Source of the DNA: Mantamonas sphyraenae STR306
Taxonomy: Eukaryota; Protista; CRuMs
Length of the DNA: 64,000 nt
Direction of reading: 5' to 3'
Assembly: GCA_026936335.1 (NCBI GenBank)
Contig: JAPMXV010000016.1
Coordinates: 62,001-126,000, forward strand
The notes beneath the pieces were generated by a model that was not told where the DNA came from, ran no database searches, and saw only the letters and a list, made by a program, of their open reading frames with translations. This document shows, one piece after another, positions 11,790-20,539 of this stretch; position 1 is the first letter of the stretch; every line of letters starts with the position of its first letter. The translations under genes and the position numbers were made by a program.

Positions 11790-11965
11790 ATGAAAAAGGA
11801 ATGGCTGCATGGAAGGTATTAGGATTGGATTGGGTGAGGAGGAACGACGTGAGCTGTGCAAGCGAGCGTGGCCGGGACCAAAGAAGGCCAGGGTGGGGGT
11901 GCAAGTGTGCGCTGTTGCATTGAAGGAGTGAAAGTCGGCATTCAAGTATCCCACACATCACCAAC

Positions 11966-12150
11966 ATGATGGCAAAGCATCCGCCCACGGCAACGTCTTT
12001 CGACACCGCTCCTGCTACAAACACGTCGACAACGACGCACTGGATCGGCCATGGGGCGACGGGGCGGCACATACAACAACACAGCAGAAGCAATGGGGGT
12101 GGATATGGGGGTGGGCTTGCAGAAAGCTGGGAAGGCGATCAAAGCGAGCT
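11966..12150 (+). pseudogene. Truncated duplicate of the ankyrin gene 5' end, reading into unrelated DNA (ORF to 12625)
   Basis: MMAKHPPTATSFDTAP...AESWEG matches the N-terminus of the 879..1 gene. Similarity stops at the duplication edge. Confidence 0.75.
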
Positions 12151-12252
12151 CGATTTGCCCAGGGCATCAGGCAAACGGGTTTCCACTCCATCCAACGAGT
12201 CTCCAAACCACATCAGTGCCAAACAAAAACAATGGTTGTGTTCATTTCATCC

Positions 12253-12477
12253 TTATTGCTCGTGCAGACCCATCTCCACCTGGCTGACGTTCAGCGAGAA
12301 CACAATTAACCCTCCTGATAGCCATATACACCCTACGACTAGCTCGTTGGAGCCCGTGATGGCACGCAGAGCCTCGATACCAGTGAGGCTCATGTTGGCC
12401 TCGTATGCCAAAAACACAAAGAAGAGGCCGACCAGCAGCGACGAGAGCGCAAAAAACGTGCCCAGTTTGTACGTCAT
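12253..12477 (-). CDS. Possible small two-TM protein (74 aa)
   Basis: Two hydrophobic stretches and coding-like third positions in the first half. No family recognised. Confidence 0.35.
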   Translation of the reverse strand: MTYKLGTFFALSSLLVGLFFVFLAYEANMSLTGIEALRAITGSNELVVGCIWLSGGLIVFSLNVSQVEMGLHEQ

Positions 12478-12945
12478 GGTCTGCGAGGTGGCCGGCGGAT
12501 GGTGTGAGCAGACGCGCGCACGTGCCTTTGCTGCGAATTACCGAGCAAGAGTGTGTGGTGTGCGTGTGGCTGGGCCGCCGCGGGCGCACAAAGTCCGGCG
12601 CGTGCGTGCGTTTCGCCGTCGCTGAAACCGCCCTGCCAAAAACGGAGGCAAATTGCCCAGGACGGGAGCAAGAGCCACACGATGCGACCGCGAGCGGTTT
12701 GCGTCGCGTCATTCGCTGACCACTACCGGGTGATAAAGGGTGCCAAGGGGGAAAATGAGGGAGGGCTGCGTGCAGGAGGGATATGGAGGGGACGGCCGCG
12801 TGGTGCGAAAACACACCTTGTTGTTTGGTTGGCGGCAGCATCGCACCTCGTCACGTGGAACCCACGCGTACACCAACACGGAGCAATCACAGGGGATGGT
12901 GTGATAATCTTGGCTTTCATCGTCCAGGTACAACATCCTTCGTCC

Positions 12946-13923
12946 TCAAACGCCCTTGTTGAAATAGACACGAGTGATGATGGCGCCCTTGCCGTCCTTG
13001 AGGTTCTGGAATCGGGGCTCGACCTCGGAGACATCGAGGCTGGCGCGTTGGGGAAACAGGCCAATGGCAGGCGGGAAAGCAACGGCGAGGCAGGCGGTGA
13101 TGACGGCGAGCTCGAGGGGAAGCTTGGTTTTTGGGTTGTTAGCCACAAAGGGAAGCTTGTTCAGGGCACCCAGGATGATGGGAGGCATGAGAAGGATGGG
13201 AATGGGCAGGATGATGCGGGAGAGCGCGACTTGGGTCAGGGCGACCTTGCCAGCAGCCTTGCTCTTGCCGAGTTCGTTGCCGTCCTCGTCGGTGATGCCA
13301 ATGCCGTCGATGAGCTCGCTCTGGCGCATAAGGAGGGCATTCCCAACACCGGCGGCTGCAACAGCAGTATAGGGGGCCACCTTGCTGAGGACATTGCCCA
13401 GAGCCGGGGCGGTACGGTTGGCGTAGTTCACGGCACCGCGAAAGCCAAAGACGACGCCCATGCTGATACCGCAGGCCATGAGGTAGGCCTGTGTGAGTTG
13501 TCCCATGTCACCTTCGTCGGCGCCGGATCGGTTGGCGTAGTTGAAGCCAGCGTTGAAACTCTGGTTGAACCACTGCCAAAACACGGAGCCTGCGGTGCTT
13601 GTGCTGAGGAGCATGCCTGCGGCAATGGGAATGTTGACGGGCACAAACGCAGCCATGCGAAAGGGCAGCAGCACCTTTTCGCCCGTCTGCGGGTGCACAG
13701 TGCCCTCCACAATCTGCTTGGCTCGCCACAGCTCGTCGTCGGTGTGCTGGCTGTAGTCCAGCGTGCCGTGGGTGGCCTCCACCATCAGCTTCTGACTGTT
13801 GGCAAGCGTGTTGTCGTCCACAAGCAGCAGGGTGGGATCGATCATGTCGAAGAAATGCGCGGTCCGCCCTGCAAACGTGCTCAGGTCGTTCTTGTTGCCC
13901 AGCGGGTCGAATGGTTTGCTCAT
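12946..13923 (-). CDS. SFXN: Sideroflexin (mitochondrial carrier)
   Basis: ELWRAKQIV..HPQTGE, PFRMAAFVPVN, FWQWFNQSFNA..NYANR and C-terminal YFNKG. Confidence 0.96.
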   Translation of the reverse strand: MSKPFDPLGNKNDLSTFAGRTAHFFDMIDPTLLLVDDNTLANSQKLMVEATHGTLDYSQHTDDELWRAKQIVEGTVHPQTGEKVLLPFRMAAFVPVNIPIAAGMLLSTSTAGSVFWQWFNQSFNAGFNYANRSGADEGDMGQLTQAYLMACGISMGVVFGFRGAVNYANRTAPALGNVLSKVAPYTAVAAAGVGNALLMRQSELIDGIGITDEDGNELGKSKAAGKVALTQVALSRIILPIPILLMPPIILGALNKLPFVANNPKTKLPLELAVITACLAVAFPPAIGLFPQRASLDVSEVEPRFQNLKDGKGAIITRVYFNKGV

Positions 13924-14061
13924 GCTTGGTTGGATGTCTCTTCTGTGCTGAGTGTGTCTCTGTAGAGGGGATTTGGGGTCGCGTTGGCGTGTGGTGGGTT
14001 CGAGCTGCGCGGACGAGCGCGAGCCGGAACATAGCTAAGTGGTTTTTGCCCCATCCGAGAC

Positions 14062-17000
14062 ATGGCGCAGTACCGTACTCAGGACGAGCTCAAGGGCCGG
14101 CTGTACGAGCGCATGAAGGCAGCAGGAGTGGTGGATTCACTCAAGGTAGGCTTGGCAGTAGGCAGTACCCCAGCGGGGTCAGGGAAAGGGAAGCCGTTTG
14201 GTTTTGGCGCAAATCCGGCTGACACGAGTTTGCGGGCGGCGGCGTTTACTGGACACAGGCGCAACTGCGTTCACAGCTGCTGTCGGAGCTGCGTAGACAC
14301 ACAAGCAAAGCGTACGAGGTTGGAGGTGGCGGTAGCAGCAGCAGCAGCAGCAGCAGTGGGGCGCAAGGCCTGGGTGGCGCGGGAAAGGGGGTTGTGGCAC
14401 AGACCGAGGGTTCCCTGCGTCAAAAGGCGCTGCACTCGATGGTGGCGGAACACATGGCCAGCTACGGCTTTGACTATTCCATGAGTGTGTTCCTGCCCGA
14501 AGCCGGCATCAACAAGCAGGCGTTTGATCGGCGGGACATGCTGGAGGCGTTCCACGTGGACAAGGAGAGTGCTCTGTTTGAGGCGCTGCTCACAGACACG
14601 GACAACGGGTCCATGTTGGGGGCACTGGTGGCTCGATTGGAGAGTGTGTTCAACCAGGGCAGCAAGACGGCGGAAACACAAACCGAGCCCATGGCTGAAT
14701 CGTTGGACAGCAAACTGGCGCGCATGCAGACGGTGAGTGGGACAAAGGGCGGCGGAAATGTGTGTGTGTGCATTGTGGGACACGCGGGGATCGGCGTTCA
14801 TCAAACGGAAACGGTTGTGTGAGGGGGACGGGGCGCACAAAGGCCGCGCGGGCGCGCTGGGGAAAACGGCTTGCGCGCCAAAGCAAAAGTGAGGCGGGCG
14901 GTGAGTGAAGGAGAAGGCTGACACGGGAGGCGATGGACGGGGACCGGGTGTGCACAGGTGTTTGCAAGCCGTGGGGCTGAGACGAGTGGGGCGCTGAACG
15001 ACCGCATTGAAAACTACCAGAAGGAGGTGGAGGCGCGGCTTCGGGCGCAGTTTGAAGGGGAGCTGGAGCGGTTCAAGCAGGGACAGCTGAGCGAGATGCG
15101 GCTGGAGGAGCGTGAGCGGTACCGATCGATGCTGAGTGTGGCGCGTGTGGAGTTTGAGCAGTCGCATGCAAAGCGCATGGACGCCCTGCGGGACCGAGAG
15201 CTGGAGCTGCAGGAGCGACTGAATCGCAGGGAGAAGGAGCTGGAAACGGTGGCGTTTGAAGAGCGTCAGAAGCTGCAGCGAGAGGCAGAGCACCACAGGC
15301 GCAGGGAAGAGGATGTGAAGCGGCAGGTGGAGATGCAGGAGCGGTCGAGCAGGCTGGAGGAGGAGCGTCTGCGTGGCAAGGAGGAGCTGTTGGATGCACG
15401 GATCCGGGAGGCGGAGCGACTGATGGCAACGTCGAAGAAGCGTGCGGAGGAGCAGTTCCTGAGCTACAAGCACCAGTTTGAAAAGGAGTTTGAGGAGGAC
15501 ATGCGTCAGTTGCAGGCGGACAGGGCGCGTGCGGAGGAGACGCTGGACGTGGCAGGGGCTGAGAAGCGCAAGTACGAGAAGCTGTGTGCGCAGGTGAAGA
15601 CGCAAAACGAGGAGTTGGAACGCACGGTGCGAAAGCTGGGGCTGGCACGCAAGCACAACGAAACGCTGGCCACGCAGCTGCGGGAAATCCTGAACCAGAA
15701 GGAGGACGCAGCAGCCAAGGCGGCAGCGTTGGAGAAGCGCACGGAGGAGGTGGAGGCGTTGAGGCGGGAGATGGAGGCGATGGAGCTGAAGTTGGACGGA
15801 GCGACAGGCAAGCGAAACGAACTGAATGCGCTGCTGGACAGAGAGCGGGAGGCGTACGCACAAGACCTGGCAGAGATGCAGGAGGAGTATCGATCGGCTA
15901 CGGAGTACGAGCGCAAGCAGGCACGACAGAGGGAGAGCGAGCTGAAGCGGGAGCTGGATCGCGCACGGGACGAAGGGGCAAAGGCACGGGAGGAAATGAG
16001 CATCCTGCAGAGGGACGTGGAAGAACTGCGGCTGACAGGCTCTGCTCGACTGCGTGAGATCGAACACCTGAAGTTCCAGCTGGACATGATGCGATCCAAA
16101 GTGCAAAACACGCAGATGATGAGCACAGGGTCGTTCTTGGGCGGCATCGGGGCAGAGGAGATTGGGAATGACTCTGTGGTGGCTGGCTTGCACCCGGTGG
16201 CCGTGGAGACGCGAGCGAGTCTGGACCGGTCGTCGTCGGCCATGCTTGCGGAAAACAGGGCGCCGAACCACAGCGGAGTGTACGGAAGTGGACGGGGAAC
16301 GGGCAACCGCACACGTGTGGACGTGATTGGCCACGAGGCGATGGAAGAGATGGAGGAGCGGCTGAAGGTGATGGACCAGCTGCACAGCGAGGACGAAATG
16401 TTGCAGCAGACGCTAAACACATTCCTGAGCAAGGTGACGACGGGCAGCGCACGCAAAGAGCGTGCACGTGCGCGTCGCGTGCAACGGGAGCGAGAGGCTG
16501 CAGCTGCTGCATACAGCTTTGAGACAAGCTACAGCGGAGTGCTGGACTTTGAGTCGGGCGATCTCGTGAAAACGGACTACAAGCGTGTGCTGGACGACGC
16601 CGAGAAGGCTGTGAGTGTTGGGTCGAGCGTGGTAGGCGGCAAGGTGGTGGACAAGGTGGTGGAGGAGGAAGAGGAAGAAGAGGAGGAAGAGGAGGAAGAG
16701 GAGCGTGTTGCTGGCCATTCAACTGAGCAATGGGACGCAGAGAGGGCAGGGGGCAACGAAAGCGAGGAGGATGACGAGGAGGAGACGCAGCAGCTGGAGC
16801 GGGAACGCGAAGCCCAGGAGAAGAAGGAGCGTGAGGCGCAGCAGGAGCGTGAGAAGGAAGCCCAAGAGAAGGAGCGTGAGGCCCAACAGCAGCGAGAGCA
16901 TGAGGCTCAGCAGCAGAGGGAGAAGGAAGCCCAACAGCAGAGGGAACGGGAGGCTCAGCAGCAGAGGGAGAAGGAAGCCCAGCAACAGCGAGAGCGTGAG

Positions 17001-17585
17001 GCTCAGCAGCAGAGGGAGAAGGAAGCCCAACAGCAGCGAGAGCGTGAGAAGGAAGCCCAACAGCAGAGGGAACGGGAAGCCCAACAGCAGCGAGAACGCG
17101 AAGCCCAACAGCAGCGGGAACGGGAGGCTCAGCAGCAGAGGGAGAAGGAAGCCCAACAACAGCGAGAGCGTGAGGCCCAGCAGCAGAGGGAGAAGGAAGC
17201 CCAGCAACAGCGTGAGAAGGAAGCCCAACAGCAGAGGGAACGCGAAGCCCAACAGCAGAGGGAACGCGAAGCCCAACAGCAGAGGGAACGGGAAGCCCAA
17301 CAGCAGCGGGAGAAGGAAGCCCAACAGCAGAGGGAGCGCGAAGCCCAACAACAACGTGAGCAGCAGGAGAAGGATGCCGAGGCACAACGACAGGCCGCGC
17401 TCATGCAATCCCTCACCGGATCGAGCACACCCACAAACCCAACTACATCCACATCATCCACATCATCCGCAACAACGCAGAGCATGCAGATGCCCGAAGA
17501 GCTGGATGGCATTGGCTTTGATGGTCTGGGGGACTTTGACTCGTTTGAGGAGGAAGAAGACGGCAGCGAGGTCGAATTCTGGTAA
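14062..17585 (+). CDS. OFD1: OFD1-like centriolar/basal-body protein; introns 14146-14258 and 14733-14957
   Basis: N-terminal QDELKGRLY..GVVDSLK|AQLR and LisH segment VAEHMASYGFDYSMSVFLPEAG, then a long coiled coil. Both introns are phase 0 and in frame. Confidence 0.85.
16810..17360 (+). repeat. Coding minisatellite with a ~24 bp unit encoding E[R/K]EAQQQR
   Basis: About 20 tandem units with synonymous variation inside the last OFD1 exon. Confidence 0.92.
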
Positions 17586-17595
17586 GAAAACGCAC

Positions 17596-18840
17596 TCATT
17601 TGTTCACAGTTGGATCCTCAACGTTGTTCACAGCAAGATATTCGGGTGTGGTGAGCTGAGACACAATTCCAATGATGATTCCGCTGAGGTAGCCCAGCCG
17701 CACAGCGACCTTGAAACTGACGAGCATGCTTCCGATGGAAAACCCGGCCGGGTTTTGCTTCTGCATGACCAAGGCAGTCTCAAACTTGGACGGGTCCGGT
17801 GACAGGGCAGCCATCTCAGACACAAGCTGCTCCGTATACCAGGTGATGGTGCGCGGGGTGCTCATTCGCCACAGCAACAGTACCATGGGAAACACCACAG
17901 AGATCACCGTCGACATCGCATAGAATCGTCGTTCAGGAATGAGAAACATAAACATGGCACCCGACAGCACAAGGGTGGTGGTGACGATGATAGGCACGGA
18001 CACCACATTTGTGTCCCAGCTCACCTCGTCCATGACCCTATGCTGTGTCCAGATCAGCCGCACCAAATTCCTGTGGTCATCCTCACTCAGAGACTGTCCA
18101 CGCATAACCTTGTCGTGCATGATCTGCACCTTGCGTTGCACCGCAACCGCAAAGTTCCTCATGTTCAACACCACGAGGAGAACTTGCAACAGAGCCGCCG
18201 CCAGCTGCGAGTAGATTCCGTTCATGGTGAGAAACGCAAGGTCTTTGATGGGTGCAGGGAACACAGGGAAGTGAAGGATGTACAGGTTGCCCACTGTGAG
18301 GATGCCAAGGAAAAACACCATGGTGATGAGAAAGGCGCGGCGGCTCACCGCGTCCACCTCTTCCCGAGAGGACGGGCAGTGTTGTTGCATGAAGCTGAGG
18401 GCTGCACACAGATGGACACGGCCATACGCATACGACAACACAGCCAGGATGACAAAAGAGCCGTCTCCCAACGCGTGCCAAAGGACCAGGATCAGGTTGG
18501 ACTGGAAGAATGCTGGTGCAAGCGTGCTAAGGATTGCAAAAAGCCAGAAAAGGGACCACAGACCGCGAAGTAGTCCCATGCATCCGTCGGTGAGGACCGG
18601 CAACATCAAATCGGCAGGAGTCACGCGCACAGCCGCTCGCTGAGGTTCCAAACGAGGCAACTTGACCCGAAACTCCTCGTCTTCACCCCACGCATCGTTG
18701 CTCAACACACGCTCCAGGCCTCGCACATCATCCTCTGTAATCCAATAGCCCACAAAGTTGAGGGTCGCCATGCAAGCCCGCAACCACCGCATGGGCTTTC
18801 GTGGCAAGTCTGCACCACGGTCCAACAAAGCACGATCCAT
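17596..18840 (-). CDS. Multi-pass (~7 TM) protein, candidate gustatory-receptor-like (GRL/DUF3537-type) channel
   Basis: 414 aa with about 7 hydrophobic helices and a long helical loop after TM4. C-terminus QNPAGFSIG...GYLSGIIIGIVSQL resembles GR/DUF3537 TM7. Confidence 0.6.
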   Translation of the reverse strand: MDRALLDRGADLPRKPMRWLRACMATLNFVGYWITEDDVRGLERVLSNDAWGEDEEFRVKLPRLEPQRAAVRVTPADLMLPVLTDGCMGLLRGLWSLFWLFAILSTLAPAFFQSNLILVLWHALGDGSFVILAVLSYAYGRVHLCAALSFMQQHCPSSREEVDAVSRRAFLITMVFFLGILTVGNLYILHFPVFPAPIKDLAFLTMNGIYSQLAAALLQVLLVVLNMRNFAVAVQRKVQIMHDKVMRGQSLSEDDHRNLVRLIWTQHRVMDEVSWDTNVVSVPIIVTTTLVLSGAMFMFLIPERRFYAMSTVISVVFPMVLLLWRMSTPRTITWYTEQLVSEMAALSPDPSKFETALVMQKQNPAGFSIGSMLVSFKVAVRLGYLSGIIIGIVSQLTTPEYLAVNNVEDPTVNK

Positions 18841-18926
18841 TTCGTTTGCTTGATTGACATGGCGCCGTCGTCACCCACCCCCCTCCCTTTTCCTTATTGT
18901 GAGCGTGTCTTTGCACATGTGATTGC

Positions 18927-20353
18927 TCACAGTTTAGCTCGGAGCCTACCGCGCATGGTTGCGCTGGTCTGTTCCGCTTCTGCACCTTGCTCCTCCACCT
19001 TGTCTTTGTTCTTGCCACCACTGCTGTCATTGGTGCCACTGCTGCTGGATGATGACGAAGAGGATGCAGAGTCTTCGTTCCCGTCCACGTCGCTGTCCTG
19101 CTCCAGATCGGGGCGCGGCGGAAGCTCCTTGACCAGAAACTGTCTTAGTGAGGGAAGCACCAAGTTGGGATGGGTCAAGTGGACGTGGTGGCCACCCTCT
19201 TCCAGCTTGACAGTGGTCAACACGCCGTTCTTCTCCAGAATAGCTGCACGCGACCAGACAATGTCGCCCAGGTAGGGCATGTAGCCGTCCTCAGCCCACA
19301 CAAACAGCACGGGGCAACGGATGTGTCGAAGCACCTCTTCACTCTGCTCCTCATGTGTCCACCACGGCGTCGGCAAACGCAGACGCGGGTCGGTGCGCCA
19401 CGTCAGCCCTCGTTTGAGCTCCTTCACACCGCGTTCCGCCAGCTTGGCAGCGCCTTCCAGTGTCATCTCTGGCACACCCTTTTGCCACCGCTGCACCATC
19501 TTGTCGATGGACGGGTAGAACGGGCGTGTGCGATGCCGCGTGTCCTTGATCCTGTGCAAGAGGCCTGTTGTGTCAGCAAGCTGCGCTTTTCCGGCCTCCG
19601 AAAACGCAACCATGCTCTCACCTGTCCACGTAGCGTCGCAGAGCCGGCACAAGTTGGTTCAGCGGCCTGGTCCAAATGCCCATGATGTCTAGCAGCACCA
19701 GGCGTGTCACCCGCTCCGGATATGCGGCGGTCACTGCAGAGGCAGGTGTGTGTCAGTAGCCGCTTTCTCCCCTTTCCCCGGCGGCACCCCACCTCTCTCT
19801 CCCTCCCTGGGTCCTACGTACCAAGTTGGGCCACATTACCACCCATGCTGTGTGCCAGGAACGCATATCGGTCCCACTCGAGCAACTCGGCCACAATCAC
19901 CGTGTCGCTCACGTGGTCAAACAAGTCGTACTGTGCATAGCATGCACGAGTGAGTGAGTCACACACAGCCATCCACACCCTTCCCATTATGCCCTCGCAC
20001 GATCTCTCGCTCACCGCCCTTTCTCGCACAATGCCACTTACCCTGCGTGTGCCGCTGGTGTGGTCCGAAAACCCGTGGCCTGCGAAATCCAGGGCAAACA
20101 CAGTGTGGCCTTCCTTGGCCAGCTGCTCACACAGTGGGTCAAAGCTGCCACAGTTGTCCAACCATCCGTGCAATGCCATGATCGGTTCGTCTTGCGACGC
20201 CTCGTTGGCCTCGGACGGCGTCCACAGCTTGCCAGCCATGCGCCGCGACCCAGGCTTGATGCGCACCTGGGTCTCAAACACCTGCACCAAGCCATCAGCC
20301 ACCGTTCGTCGAGACGTGCTCATCACCAAAGGCTGTCGATTCTTCTTTCCCAT
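18927..20353 (-). CDS. Alpha/beta hydrolase, SERHL/kraken-like (3 exons)
   Basis: ALHGWLDN, ALDFAGHGFSDH, AHSMGG, WRTDPRL and GGHHVHL. Confidence 0.9.
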
Positions 20354-20539
20354 GGCCGCTCCAGGTCTGTTTTGCTGGCTAAAAGGGGGCTGCCTTGTGT
20401 GGGCTCATCCACAATTGAAAGACCCCACAATTCTCATGTGCAAGTTTGAGTCGCATACTTAATGTCCTCCTCGGGCTTGGGGCAACCATGTTCACACGTT
20501 TGTGCGAACGGCGGAACAACTCAAACTCAGTTCGGTCCG

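Larger units (their letters stand above)
9974..12150. repeat. Inverted segmental duplication, arm 2 (probably the derived copy)
   Basis: Reverse complement of 695..2874. It carries only the first ~61 ankyrin codons, and the NELF ATG reads CTG here. Confidence 0.95.

Noticed and set aside
695-12150. Inverted arms as terminal repeats of a transposon, Polinton or endogenous virus
   Set aside because: The arms consist of host genes and the interior is housekeeping. No transposase, integrase, polymerase, capsid or target-site duplication was found.
16810-17360. Regular repeat array resembling CRISPR
   Set aside because: There are no unique spacers. It is an in-frame coding minisatellite in a eukaryotic gene.
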